A stretch of DNA of 64,000 bases from Candidatus Saccharimonadota bacterium (GCA_017406985.1 JAFQXL010000004.1:59708-123707), one strand, 5' to 3'. Positions 9,259-19,796 are shown, counted from the first letter of the stretch. A program made the numbers and translations. Notes: a model not told the origin generated them from the letters alone.

Positions 9259-11448
9259 TTAGTTTCCGGCGAGAGAGTCGAACTCTTCGAGTGAAGAGAT
9301 TAAGACGTCGCGCGGTTTATTCCCGTTTTGAGGGCCGATAACGCCGATTTCTTCGAGCCAAATCGCGAGTCCAGAGACGAAGCCGTGTCCTTTTCCGAGG
9401 TAAGTCTGGAGCGAGGCGGTCGAGAACTTACCTTTAGAAAGCGTAATCTCGACGGCTTTTCGAACGACCGGATCATTCGGATCATAGCGACGGCCGAGGT
9501 CGCCGATCGCGCCGCCGTCGGACGGGCCGAGACCTTTAATCTGAACGGCCTGAGAGATGACTTCGTCGTTATATTCCGGAGCGCGCTGTTCTCTTAAGAA
9601 GTTTGTTAGTTTGTCGATGTCGGCGTCAGGAGCGAAAGCGCCCTGGATTCGGCGAGGCTTTCCCATCATTTCGGTTGTCAGCATAAGCATATCACCCTTT
9701 CCGAGCAGTTTTTCGGCGCCGCCCATGTCGAGCATGATGCGTGAGTCGGTATTATTATTAACGGCGAAAGCAATCCGTCCAGGGACGTTCGCCTTGATTA
9801 GACCGGTAATAACTTTAACTTCTGGACGCTGTGTTGCGAGGACGAGGTGCATACCGGCGGCACGACCTTTCTGAGCGATACGGACGATTAGCTGTTCAAG
9901 GTCTTTCCCTGCCTGCATCATTAAATCCGCCATCTCGTCGATAATAATCACGATATAAGGCATCTTTGTTCCGTCTTCAACCTGTTCCTTCGACATTTTA
10001 GTGTTATAGTCTTCGATTTTCTTAACCTTTTGTTCTGCCATCTCGGTATAACGACGTTCCATCTCGTTTACTGCCCACTTCATAGCGGAGAGAGCTTTAT
10101 CGGTCGAGTTTATAATCGGGGTTAAGAGATGCGGAATCGCGTCATATTGAACCATTTCGACCTGTTTTGGATCGACGATAATTAACTTTAAATCGCTCGG
10201 TGCGTTCCTGTAAAGGAGCGAAGATATAAGAGTGTTTGTCATAACGGACTTACCAGAACCGGTAGTTCCGGCAATTAAGAGGTGCGGCATTTTCGCGAGG
10301 TTCGCGACGACAGAGTTACCGGAAATGTCTTTTCCGACAGCGAAAGTTAAAGCGTGATTATCTGGCTTGTTCCACTCTTTACTTTCTAGAATGGCGCGGA
10401 GAGTTACGTCTGCCGGACGGACGTTCGGGATTTCGACGCCGACGCTTCTAGTCCCCGGAATCGGAGCTTCGATACGAACTTTATCAACCGCGAGATTAAG
10501 CGCTAATTCCCTATCGCGCGCGGTAATCTTCGAGAGGTTAACGCCGGCAGGCGGTTTCATTGTATACTGGGTAACGCGCGGGCCGACATTCGCGCCTTCG
10601 ACTTCGACGTCGATTCCGAATTCGGCGAAGGTAGATTTAATGATATAAGCGTTTTGTTGAATATTTCCGCCGTCCGGAGGAGTCTGTTTCTTCGAGAGAA
10701 GCTCGGTCGAAGGCATTTTCCAGTTCGGATCGGAAACGGTCGTAAGAGAGCGCTCCGGCTCTGGAGCCTTTGTCTCTTCGGAAGGTTTCTTAATATTAAG
10801 TTTTCGGTTTTCTTTGTCTGCTTCGATAATCGACGGGGCGTTAATCTTGAGGTCTTTAAGCTTTCCGGTTCCGGCTTCGACATTTGCTTTCTTGGCGATT
10901 TTAGCGTTTTCGCGGTCTTCGCTTTGACGAGTTCCCCTAAAGAGATTTCCAATAAAGCGGAAAACGGAAGCAGGCGAAATCGACAGGATAAAAATCCCCG
11001 TAATAAAGATAAGAACGGCATAAAGGAAGAAAACTACGCCTTTATCGAGAATCTGTGTCGCGACGGAGTTTAGGCTTTCGCCGAGGATTCCGCCAGTCGG
11101 GTTCGGTTCGCCAATCGTCGGGACGCCGAAGATTCCGGCGAGCCAAGCAACCATAATAATGCTCGCAAACCAAGTCGAAAGAGGAAGCTGGTTCGTTTCG
11201 CTTCGGAAAATCATTACTGCAAGATAAACAAGCAAGACAGGGATAAAATAAGAAGCGTAGCCGATTAGATAAAGAGTTCCCTGATGGATATTATTAAGAA
11301 GAGTTCCTCCGCTTCCGAACCAAGTCATAACTAAAGTTACGGCGATGGCGAGAAGAAGAACCGCGCCAACCTGACGCCAGAAACCACCCGGAAGCTCATG
11401 TTCAGGAGCTACATCCCTTGTTTTACTTTTACGTTTTTTCCTAGCCAT
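9259..11448 (-). CDS. ftsK: FtsK/SpoIIIE DNA translocase
   Basis: N-terminal TMs; 'MPHLLIAGTTGSGKS', 'IIIDEMADLM', 'GMHLVLATQRP', gamma domain. Confidence 0.95.
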   Translation of the reverse strand: MARKKRKSKTRDVAPEHELPGGFWRQVGAVLLLAIAVTLVMTWFGSGGTLLNNIHQGTLYLIGYASYFIPVLLVYLAVMIFRSETNQLPLSTWFASIIMVAWLAGIFGVPTIGEPNPTGGILGESLNSVATQILDKGVVFFLYAVLIFITGIFILSISPASVFRFIGNLFRGTRQSEDRENAKIAKKANVEAGTGKLKDLKINAPSIIEADKENRKLNIKKPSEETKAPEPERSLTTVSDPNWKMPSTELLSKKQTPPDGGNIQQNAYIIKSTFAEFGIDVEVEGANVGPRVTQYTMKPPAGVNLSKITARDRELALNLAVDKVRIEAPIPGTRSVGVEIPNVRPADVTLRAILESKEWNKPDNHALTFAVGKDISGNSVVANLAKMPHLLIAGTTGSGKSVMTNTLISSLLYRNAPSDLKLIIVDPKQVEMVQYDAIPHLLTPIINSTDKALSAMKWAVNEMERRYTEMAEQKVKKIEDYNTKMSKEQVEDGTKMPYIVIIIDEMADLMMQAGKDLEQLIVRIAQKGRAAGMHLVLATQRPEVKVITGLIKANVPGRIAFAVNNNTDSRIMLDMGGAEKLLGKGDMLMLTTEMMGKPRRIQGAFAPDADIDKLTNFLREQRAPEYNDEVISQAVQIKGLGPSDGGAIGDLGRRYDPNDPVVRKAVEITLSKGKFSTASLQTYLGKGHGFVSGLAIWLEEIGVIGPQNGNKPRDVLISSLEEFDSLAGN

Positions 11449-11524
11449 ATAGTTATATTATAACATAAGGTTTATGGTTTTTAGTTGAAAAAAAGCAAGC
11501 TTTGCTTGCTGTTTTTTCTTGAAA

Positions 11525-11601
11525 TGGTACCCGTGAAGGGACTCGAACCCCCGACACCTTGTTCCGAAGACAAGTGCTCTAATCCACTGAGCTACACGGG
11601 C
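11525..11601 (-). tRNA. tRNA-Arg(UCG)
   Basis: Cloverleaf with CTTGT-CTTCGGA-ACAAG anticodon arm, TTCGAGT T-loop, encoded CCA. Confidence 0.9.
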
Positions 11602-11624
11602 TTTTCTATATTATAACACATCTA

Positions 11625-12806
11625 TTATTTTTGGTAAAACTTTACGTTTCCGAGTTCTTTCGGGAGATAAGAAGTATTTAAGTGAAAACCGGCTTCCCAT
11701 TTCTGTCCTTTTCCGAAACCTAAATCTTTCATTAACTTCGTCGGGGCGTTTCGAAGCTCAATCGGAACAGGGAGGTTCATTGAGTTCTTCGCGGCTTCTT
11801 TCGCGCGGAGAAAAGCGTCATAAGAAGCGCGACTCTTTTTCGAGAGAGCGAGAGCGGTCGCGACATGAGATAAGATAATCTGACACTCGGGCATTCCGAC
11901 GCGTTCGGTCGCCTCGAAAGCGGCGACAGCGAGATTTAGTCCGCCGTTTCCGGCGAGTCCAATATCTTCCGAAGCAAAAATAACCATTCGGCGAGCAATA
12001 AACTTCGGATCTTCGCCCGCTTCTAGCATTCGCGCGAGGTAATAAAGCGTTGCGTCGACGTCGGAACCACGCATAGATTTTATAAAGGCGGAAATATTAT
12101 CATAATGTTTATCGCCGGCTTTATCATATCCGGGGACTTTTCTCCCCGCCGCTTCTTTAACGACTTCTTCGTCGACTTTTTCAGAAAGACTAAGCGCTAG
12201 TTCTAAATCGCCGAGGGCGCTTCTAGCGTCGCCACCGGAAAGCTCGGCGAGATAATCAATCGCCTTTTTACTAACTCTTTTAGTCGCTTTTTCGGCTTTT
12301 ATCGCGCGTTTTAAAACTTCGATAATCGCGTCTTTACTAAGGAGATTTACGATAACGACGCGAGAGCGAGAAAGAAGCGGAGAGATAACCTCGAAACTCG
12401 GGTTTTCGGTCGTCGCGCCGATTAGGATAATTAAACCACTTTCGACGTGCGGAAGAAAAGCGTCTTGTTGTGCCTTATTAAAACGGTGGATTTCGTCGAC
12501 GAAAAGGACGGTTTTTATCTGTAAGTTCCAGTTTGTTTTTGCGCGTTCGACGACAGTTTCAATATCCTTTTTCCCGGCGGTAACGGCGGAAAGCTCGATA
12601 AAGTCCGCCTCAAACTCTTTTGCGAGAATACGCGCGAGCGTCGTTTTTCCCGTCCCTGGAGGCCCCCAAAAAATTAAGTTAACCGGTTCGCCTTTCTTGA
12701 CGATTTCGGTTAAAATCTTCCCTTCGCCGATTATATCGTCTTGGCCGACGACTTCGTCGAGGCTAGTCGGGCGCATCCGCTCCGCTAAAGGTCTCCGATT
12801 TTCCAT
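11625..12806 (-). CDS. rarA: Replication-associated recombination protein A (RarA/MgsA)
   Basis: 'PLAERMRP', 'WGPPGTGKTT', 'DEIHRFNKAQQD', 'SAFIKSMRGSD'. Confidence 0.95.
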   Translation of the reverse strand: MENRRPLAERMRPTSLDEVVGQDDIIGEGKILTEIVKKGEPVNLIFWGPPGTGKTTLARILAKEFEADFIELSAVTAGKKDIETVVERAKTNWNLQIKTVLFVDEIHRFNKAQQDAFLPHVESGLIILIGATTENPSFEVISPLLSRSRVVIVNLLSKDAIIEVLKRAIKAEKATKRVSKKAIDYLAELSGGDARSALGDLELALSLSEKVDEEVVKEAAGRKVPGYDKAGDKHYDNISAFIKSMRGSDVDATLYYLARMLEAGEDPKFIARRMVIFASEDIGLAGNGGLNLAVAAFEATERVGMPECQIILSHVATALALSKKSRASYDAFLRAKEAAKNSMNLPVPIELRNAPTKLMKDLGFGKGQKWEAGFHLNTSYLPKELGNVKFYQK

Positions 12807-12955
12807 AGTTTTATTATATCATACCGAGAGAGAATTGACTATTATTCCCTTTTGTGGTATAATAGAAGTGAATATGGTTGTTTGGGGGATATAGATGTAA
12901 CTATAGTTAGTCAAACGTTTAGTTTGGCGCCATTGTACCTTTGGAGGTAAGTATT

Positions 12956-13561
12956 ATGCGAAATGTTTATCTTAGAATTGAATCGAAGCCTGGAGAAGAA
13001 CTGCCCGGAAGTATAGCGAACGAGAGCGGGTTAACTCAGCTTCTCGACGACTTATATAACCGACTGCTCGACAACATGGCAATAGAGATTCACATTTATC
13101 GCGAGTACGTTTTAATTGGAACTCGCGAAAAAGGACACGGCGATAAGATGTTGAAGAAATTTATCAACTTCGGATTTTCGCCAAAGAGACACGATAATAA
13201 GTCTGAAGCTTTAACTTATGCGATTCGGAATATCGACGGCGGTGGATTACCGGATTATTGCTACGACGCAATAAATGGTGACCTTCAGGCGTTGAGACTG
13301 ACGACAGAACATTTAGTTAGAGCTTATGACGCCAAAGTTCGGCGAATGAAAGAGAAAGGCAAAACTGCTTCAGAAATTGAAACTTTCGCGCTCCGCCGTG
13401 ATGCAGCAAAGAGGCGTCTTACGCTTGAGGACGAAGATTTTATGGAAGTTTCGGAACCGATAATTATCGAAATCCCGAGAAATCCGGATACTTTCTACTC
13501 AGAAGAGGACGTCTATATAACGAGCCAACTTATAGAGGAGGAAGAGCCGAAAGAGGCTTAA
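12956..13561 (+). CDS. Hypothetical protein
   Basis: ~200-aa ORF with SD ggagg before ATG 12956 and an upstream TTGACT-17-TATAAT promoter; no recognisable family. Confidence 0.65.
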   Translation: MRNVYLRIESKPGEELPGSIANESGLTQLLDDLYNRLLDNMAIEIHIYREYVLIGTREKGHGDKMLKKFINFGFSPKRHDNKSEALTYAIRNIDGGGLPDYCYDAINGDLQALRLTTEHLVRAYDAKVRRMKEKGKTASEIETFALRRDAAKRRLTLEDEDFMEVSEPIIIEIPRNPDTFYSEEDVYITSQLIEEEEPKEA

Positions 13562-13664
13562 TTCTCCGAAAGGAGGAAGCCGATGAAAAAGTTTAAACCC
13601 CATAATACAACCTAAAAAAAGGCCCCGAACGGAATCGAGGTCTTTTTTAAACGAAACGTTTTTT

Positions 13665-14648
13665 CTAATAATTATCGGCGGTCTTTATCGCGGATTCGAT
13701 ATTTCGGCCGAGCTTAACGAGTTCAGACGGATCGGTCGAGCGAGTTAAGACGATTGCGATATAATTTCGCTCGGGGACGGTTTCGCCGTCGTTATTCGTC
13801 GTTTCAGGGAAGTTTAAGAAAGCGGCGTCGGCGTAATAATTCCAATGTCCGTTTCCGTCTCCCCACCAGCCAACTTTATCATAAACTTTTGCGGTAGCGA
13901 AGCCAGACGGGAGACCTTTTCGCCAGTTTTGTTGCATCGCGGAATAAGCGTTTTTCGGAGCGTCTTGATTAATCATACTGTCTTTTATTGCGCCCCAAGA
14001 ATCTTCCGAGAGGTCAGAATGTTTCCAGAACATTTGATAAAGTTTTACGAGGTCGCTCGGAGTCGAAGTAATTCCGGCGATATTCGTCCCAGTAAAGCCT
14101 TTTTCGTCATAGATTTTCTGGAGAGCGTCGTGTCCGATTTTCGCCCAGAGGTTTTCGGCACAAGCCGAGTAAGAATAGCGAACGGCATAGTCGAGACAGA
14201 GCGAATAAGTAAACGGTTTTCCATCGTAGTTATTTCCGAGACCGATGCTAGCCGTACCGTCCCAGATTCCGTGATCGACGCGATAATAACCTTCATAGAC
14301 GACAAACATTTTATAAATCGAAGCGATATACATCGAAGTATCTTCCTGAAAACGCGCGACAACGGCTTCGTTATCGAGGTCATAGATCATTACTTCGGCG
14401 TTCGTTCTCTTCGAGAGCGTGTCGAGCCACTTATCAACGGTTAACTGTAAGTCGATTTTTTCAGGAGTTTTCGGCGTTTCTTCAACTGGCGCGGTAGTCG
14501 TTGTTGTCGCGACCGGCTCGTCCGGTTTTTCAAAGAGTTTCGGAATAAAGACGATTCCGGCAGCAACTGCGACGACGAGAAAGACGACGCCGAGGACGAT
14601 TAAAACTATCTTTTTAATATCGAAAACTTTTTCTTCTTGAGGCCTCAT
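13665..14648 (-). CDS. Membrane-anchored serine hydrolase, class A beta-lactamase/DD-peptidase-like
   Basis: SxxK 'SIYK', SxN-like 'SYS', KTG-like 'KVG'; N-terminal TM. Confidence 0.75.
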   Translation of the reverse strand: MRPQEEKVFDIKKIVLIVLGVVFLVVAVAAGIVFIPKLFEKPDEPVATTTTTAPVEETPKTPEKIDLQLTVDKWLDTLSKRTNAEVMIYDLDNEAVVARFQEDTSMYIASIYKMFVVYEGYYRVDHGIWDGTASIGLGNNYDGKPFTYSLCLDYAVRYSYSACAENLWAKIGHDALQKIYDEKGFTGTNIAGITSTPSDLVKLYQMFWKHSDLSEDSWGAIKDSMINQDAPKNAYSAMQQNWRKGLPSGFATAKVYDKVGWWGDGNGHWNYYADAAFLNFPETTNNDGETVPERNYIAIVLTRSTDPSELVKLGRNIESAIKTADNY

Positions 14649-14649
14649 T

Positions 14650-16248
14650 TTATTTTCCTTTCGGGCTAGACTCGATTAAGCGGGCGATAAACTTTTCAGA
14701 AGTAGCTTCGTCGGTTAAGTAAACCTGATGTTTTTCGTCATAGAAAGTCGGGGAGATACGAGTATTTAAGAGTTTTCCATCTTTAAAATAGTGAGTTAAG
14801 ATATAACCACGTTGTGTCCCCGGCCAATAAGTCTGGTCGAAGAAGAGGTTCCCGAGGCCATAATAAATCGGTTTATCTTCATAATATTCGAAAGTCTGAG
14901 GATGGTGAGCCTGAGTTCCGATAACGACGTCCGCGCCCCAGTCGATAAATTGCCTAAAGAAAGCCTGTTGTCCAGAAATCGGCTTATCACAGCTCGGCAT
15001 CTCGACATAGCCGTCCGGATAACTATAACATTCGGAATATTGAATATCGACGATAATAATTCCGCCACGCTCTTTCGCCGCCTTTATATCGGCTTTAGCT
15101 TTGGTCTCGGAATAGCCGTTTGCGCCCGGGCGAGAGCCGCTCGCGAGTTCGCCGTTTCCGACGGTCGAGGTAGAGTGGTTATAAGCGAGGAAGTTAATTT
15201 TATTTCCCTTTTCGTCGAGTTCGAGGACTTTCGCAGCTTCTTCTTCGTTAATTCCGCCGCCGACAGTCTTCATTCCGAGCTCATGATATTTTTCGATTGT
15301 CTTTATATTCGCTTCGGTTCCGTAGTTATTATTATGGTTTCCGGTTAACTCGACAATGTCGGTTCCGATTGCGGTAATCGTATCAAGAGCGCGCCAGTCC
15401 GCGCAGAGGCTCATTGTTCCGGTCGAGCCTTTACAGCCGTCGATAAAGCTAACTTCGTTCGAGATATGAGTTAAGTCTTTAGAAGCTAGAAAATCTTTAA
15501 TATTATCGGCGAAATAAGAACCGCGACCGCCTGCGCGCCCGTTAAGGGTGATCGTCATAGCGCGAGTTAAAGCGGTTACGCCAGTTTGAGCGAAGCTTAA
15601 GAAGTCGGAAGCTTTCGCCGGGAGTTCGTCGAGAGATTGTCCGTTTCCGACGAGCCAAATCGCGGTATTTTTATCGGAAGAGGTTTCATAGCTAATATAA
15701 GTATATTTAGCGCCGTTTTCAACGCTATCGAAGAAATAATTATTGTCAATCGAGACAACGCGATCTTCAGCCGTGAGTTTTTTATAGTCAACCCAAGAAA
15801 CGACGTCAGTCTTCGATTCGGCAGAAGTAACGTTTAACTCGGAGTCATAAAAATCAACGGTTGGGACTTCGATTTTAACGAGAATATCGTTTTCTTTCGC
15901 CTCAGACATAGAATAGACGACTTTTTCAGAATAGGTAATATCGTAGTTAATTTTATTTCCGCTATTTTTCCAAGCTTCGATATTATTTTCGATAATTGTT
16001 TTATACTCAGAAGAAAGGCTAGAATCGAAAGAGACTTCGCCCGGCTTCATAAACGGGTTATTTTTCTTAAAGAGAATAACTCCGCCGAGAACCCCGCCGG
16101 CAATCAGAATTAAAACGACGAGAACGGCGATTAACTTTCCGTGTCCGCCTTTTTTCTTTTTTGATTTTTCATGAGCGCGACGAAGAAGCTCCTCTCGATA
16201 AATAGCTTCTCTCCGCTCGCGATTTCCTTCGACTCTTCGTCCTTGCAT
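14650..16248 (-). CDS. CapA/PGA_cap-family metallophosphoesterase with N-terminal TM
   Basis: 'GNHNNNYG', 'GADVVIGTQAHHPQ', 'YYGLGNLFFDQ'. Confidence 0.8.
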   Translation of the reverse strand: MQGRRVEGNRERREAIYREELLRRAHEKSKKKKGGHGKLIAVLVVLILIAGGVLGGVILFKKNNPFMKPGEVSFDSSLSSEYKTIIENNIEAWKNSGNKINYDITYSEKVVYSMSEAKENDILVKIEVPTVDFYDSELNVTSAESKTDVVSWVDYKKLTAEDRVVSIDNNYFFDSVENGAKYTYISYETSSDKNTAIWLVGNGQSLDELPAKASDFLSFAQTGVTALTRAMTITLNGRAGGRGSYFADNIKDFLASKDLTHISNEVSFIDGCKGSTGTMSLCADWRALDTITAIGTDIVELTGNHNNNYGTEANIKTIEKYHELGMKTVGGGINEEEAAKVLELDEKGNKINFLAYNHSTSTVGNGELASGSRPGANGYSETKAKADIKAAKERGGIIIVDIQYSECYSYPDGYVEMPSCDKPISGQQAFFRQFIDWGADVVIGTQAHHPQTFEYYEDKPIYYGLGNLFFDQTYWPGTQRGYILTHYFKDGKLLNTRISPTFYDEKHQVYLTDEATSEKFIARLIESSPKGK

Positions 16249-16270
16249 ATAACTCCTTTTTTATATTATA

Positions 16271-18244
16271 CTATGATTTATAAATTCTGACAGCAAAACC
16301 TCCGCCCGGAGCCATCCAAATGTCTAGATAGTCCTGTTTCGAGATTTTTCTAGCTTCAATCGTAATTCCGAGCTGATTATCGCGATAGTGGGCGGTGTCC
16401 GAGTCGCGATAGATTTCGGCAGTATAGAAAGTGTCTTCGTCGAGAAAATCGAGATTTAAGCGGACACGGTGTCCTTCTTCGTTTGTAACGCCGCCGATAT
16501 ACCAGTTATTAGATTCGCGAGCTTGGCGCGCGACGACATAATATTCGCCGATTTTTCCAAGCAAAGGAACGGTTCTTTCCCAACTTACGGGGACGTTTCG
16601 GATAAATTCATAAGCTGCGGGATTTACCTCTTCATAGAATCTCGGACGGTCCGCCGCCATCTGCATCCCAGAATAAATCGTCACATAATAAGCGAGCTGG
16701 CGCGCGAGCGTCGAAGCAAGACGTTTTGCAACGTTCGTCACGTCGAAAATCCCGCTCGTGTAGTCCATTCCGCCGGCGAGAAGCCTTGTAAACGGAATAA
16801 TCGTCGCGTGAGACGGAGACAAGGCTCCGCCCTCATATTCTTGTCCTCTCGCGCCTTCGCGAGTTAAGAGGTTTGGCCAAGTTCGCTCGGTTCCAGTTCC
16901 CTTAATCGGCTCGTGGACGTCGAGACAAATATGATATTTTGCGGCGAGCTCTAAAGCCTTTTGATAATGGCGAACGCCAGCTTGAGAATGATGAAACTCT
17001 TTTCGGCCTTGAATCGTCATCATTGAGCCGGCATAACCAGGTTTAATATAATTTATCCCGAGTTCGCTATAAAACTTATAAGCTTCTTCCATCTGGGCTT
17101 CATAGTTATCGATAAAGCCGACAGTTTCGTGATGTCCGATTAAGCTAATTCCGTTTTCTTTCGCATAGTTTGCGACTTCTTTTAAGTCTAAATCTTCGAC
17201 CGGATGGAGAAAGTCGGTCGAGGCGCCGTTCTGAAGCCAGTCTCCTTCCCAGCCGTTATTCCAGCCTTCCATTAAAACGCCGTCGATATTTAAGCGCTTC
17301 GCAGCGTCGATATATTCTTTAGCGTGTTTAGTCGTTGCGCCGTGACGCTCGCCCGGAGCCCAAGTCCATTCTCCGACGAACATCGCCCACCAAATCCCGA
17401 TAAACTTCAAAGGTTTTACCCAGGAGAAATCTTGTTTCGGGGGGTCGTTTAAGTTTAAAATATCGCGGTTTGTAATTAATTCAATCGGCGAGTCGCCAAT
17501 CATAACAACGCGCCAAGGCGTATTAAACGGCAAATCGACATAAGCACGCATTCCGTCCGAGAGCGGGGTAATATCTGACTGAAGACAATTTCTAGTGTTT
17601 AATTTTAAGGTCATCGAGCCATAGTTATAGAGAGCGGCTTCGTGGATACTAATATAATTTCCAAGCGGAGTTTCAATCGTTAAAGGAGTATGGACGCTCG
17701 AAGCGAGAGCATAAACCGGACGTTTTTCGTAGTTATATTCATAACGGTCAGGCTGATAAGCGGGGATACGCCAAGCGTTCGAGTTACTATCGACATTAAA
17801 CTCGGTCAGCTCGTCCGAGATAATTAACCTCTGGAAGCGAGGTTGAGGCGGGATTTCATAGCGAAAAGCGACGCCGTCGTCAAAAATACGGAAGCGAACG
17901 GTAAACATTCGTCCGTTTTCGGTCGTTTCGGCGAGATAGAAGGCGGTTTCGTTATAATTATTTCGAATAATCCTTTGTTCGCCGACGAGTGTTGTCCAAG
18001 TTTCGTCGAGCTTTTTATCTTGGATTCGGACGATCGAGAGGCCGGTTTTTAGAGGCTGTTCGCCTTGAAGATTTATCCCGAGACCAGAAGTTCTTAAGAT
18101 AATTTTACCGTCTTTTTTAACGGAATAAGTTAGCTCGCCGAGCTTTAACTTTACGCTACAAATAATCCTTCCGTTCGGGGAACGAAGTTCCTGTTCGTGG
18201 TCTAGCTTTGGTTTTAGACCGAAAAGATTACGCCAAAAGCCCAC
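16271..18244 (-). CDS. Glycoside hydrolase family 97 (SusB-like alpha-glucosidase)
   Basis: 'FRIFDDGVAFRY', 'TPWRVVMIG', 'EGWNNGW', 'IGHHET', 'REGARGQEY', 'PFTRLLAGGMDYT'. Confidence 0.9.
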   Translation of the reverse strand: MGFWRNLFGLKPKLDHEQELRSPNGRIICSVKLKLGELTYSVKKDGKIILRTSGLGINLQGEQPLKTGLSIVRIQDKKLDETWTTLVGEQRIIRNNYNETAFYLAETTENGRMFTVRFRIFDDGVAFRYEIPPQPRFQRLIISDELTEFNVDSNSNAWRIPAYQPDRYEYNYEKRPVYALASSVHTPLTIETPLGNYISIHEAALYNYGSMTLKLNTRNCLQSDITPLSDGMRAYVDLPFNTPWRVVMIGDSPIELITNRDILNLNDPPKQDFSWVKPLKFIGIWWAMFVGEWTWAPGERHGATTKHAKEYIDAAKRLNIDGVLMEGWNNGWEGDWLQNGASTDFLHPVEDLDLKEVANYAKENGISLIGHHETVGFIDNYEAQMEEAYKFYSELGINYIKPGYAGSMMTIQGRKEFHHSQAGVRHYQKALELAAKYHICLDVHEPIKGTGTERTWPNLLTREGARGQEYEGGALSPSHATIIPFTRLLAGGMDYTSGIFDVTNVAKRLASTLARQLAYYVTIYSGMQMAADRPRFYEEVNPAAYEFIRNVPVSWERTVPLLGKIGEYYVVARQARESNNWYIGGVTNEEGHRVRLNLDFLDEDTFYTAEIYRDSDTAHYRDNQLGITIEARKISKQDYLDIWMAPGGGFAVRIYKS

Positions 18245-18247
18245 CCT

Positions 18248-18757
18248 TTAAACCTCCTTTGCAGTAACGATAAAGCGGTGAGAGAAGTCCTGACCGCCAA
18301 GCGATTCTCCATAACAAGTCATAAGAACAAGGGTATTTTCTTCAGTTTCAGAGACGATTTCGTTCATGTCGATTACGGATTTTTCGAGGATTTCAATCTT
18401 TTTAACGATATAACTTTTATTATCGAAGTTAAACTTATCGCTAATTTTTATATTATGTAGGTCTTTAAAGATTGTGCTAGAATGTCCGATTATGACGGTT
18501 TTATGAGCCGTCGCGAAATAGGCGCCGGCGATATAGTCCGGAGATTTTAGAGTATTTCCCTGTCGTTCTATATTCTCGACGCGGGCGACAAGACCGATAC
18601 TCGGGATAAACAGACGCTCGTCCGAGCTCGCATCGACCGGTTTCGGAACGAAGAAATAGGTCGTTAAGCCGGCGGCGACAAGAAAATAGATAATACCGAA
18701 AATAATACCAATTTTCGGGCGCTTTAATTTAAAGCTATTATTAACTCTCACTCCCAT
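18248..18757 (-). CDS. Sortase-family protein
   Basis: N-terminal TM; catalytic His ('IIGHS'), 'LMTC' and Arg ('HRFIV'). Confidence 0.8.
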   Translation of the reverse strand: MGVRVNNSFKLKRPKIGIIFGIIYFLVAAGLTTYFFVPKPVDASSDERLFIPSIGLVARVENIERQGNTLKSPDYIAGAYFATAHKTVIIGHSSTIFKDLHNIKISDKFNFDNKSYIVKKIEILEKSVIDMNEIVSETEENTLVLMTCYGESLGGQDFSHRFIVTAKEV

Positions 18758-18808
18758 TTACTTTATTTTATCATAAACGGAATGAAAATGTTAGTGTTTT
18801 TTAGAAAA

Positions 18809-19531
18809 TTATAAGCCAATATAGAGTTTATTTTCGGCGCGGAGCTCTTCGAGCTCGTCGTGGATTACGCCTTTTCCGGCATCGGCGTCTTCTTTCGAGA
18901 GGACAGCTCTAATCGAGTCGAAGATAACGCGGATATCGGTTATAATCGAGTAGCTTTTTACATATTCAAGGTCAAGGTCGATTTTCTGGTGGATAGAGAT
19001 GCCGTTTCGGCCGTTCGCCTGCGCTAGACCAGTAATTCCTGGGCGGACAACCGTCCTCATTCGTTCGCGATAATTCATCGCTTTATAATATTCCGTAATC
19101 CAAGGGCGCGGGCCGATAAAGCTCATTTCGCCTTTTACGATATTAATTAATTGCGGAAGCTCGTCGAGCGAGGTTTTTCGAAGGAAGCTACCGATTTTTG
19201 TATGTTTATCGGCGCAAGATTTATCGTTTACGTCATTTTCGACCGGCATAGTCCTGAACTTATAGATATAAAAGTCTTTACCGTTTCGACCGGTTCGAAG
19301 CTGTTTAAAGATAATCGGATCGCCGTCTTCTTTCTTGATTAAGATAGAGATAATTAGAAAAGCAGGAGAAAGGATGATTAAAGCAAGGAGCGCAAGGCTA
19401 AAATCGAAGACACGTTTAATTCCGGAGTAGATAAGGAAGTTAGAACGATAAACAAAGCGCTTTAGGCTAGAGAAAAGGCTCGGCATTTCGACCGATTCGC
19501 TTAAATAAGCAACACTTTCGACGGCGCTCAA
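18809..19531 (-). CDS. Priming sugar transferase (CpsE/EpsL/WcaJ C-terminal domain type)
   Basis: 'IKRVFD', 'YKFRTM', 'FLRKTSLDELPQL', 'GPRP', 'RPGITGLAQ'; TTG start; TTGACT-17-TATAAT promoter at 19566-19594. Confidence 0.9.
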   Translation of the reverse strand: MSAVESVAYLSESVEMPSLFSSLKRFVYRSNFLIYSGIKRVFDFSLALLALIILSPAFLIISILIKKEDGDPIIFKQLRTGRNGKDFYIYKFRTMPVENDVNDKSCADKHTKIGSFLRKTSLDELPQLINIVKGEMSFIGPRPWITEYYKAMNYRERMRTVVRPGITGLAQANGRNGISIHQKIDLDLEYVKSYSIITDIRVIFDSIRAVLSKEDADAGKGVIHDELEELRAENKLYIGL

Positions 19532-19659
19532 GATAACTCCTTTTACATTAACCTATATTATCTTCATTATAGCACAGATTTCTCTTAAAGTCAATGGAGC
19601 TACCTCTGTTAATGCTTATGGTTATCGTTTGAAATATGTTGTAATATATTTTGCTATAA

Positions 19660-19778
19660 AAAATAAGCTCCTAATTTTCTCGGACTACGTAGTCCCTACC
19701 CCTGTCTTTACGGGGTAGGGCTCCTCTGCCTCAGGCGCTGGCCTTCCGGCAGGTCCTCGAAAACTAGGAGCTTATTTT
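19660..19778 (-). repeat. Structured intergenic element, copy 1 (3' of rpsH)
   Basis: Terminal inverted repeats; conserved cores shared with 36905-37058. Confidence 0.7.
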
Positions 19779-19796
19779 CTTATTAGTGTTATTAGA

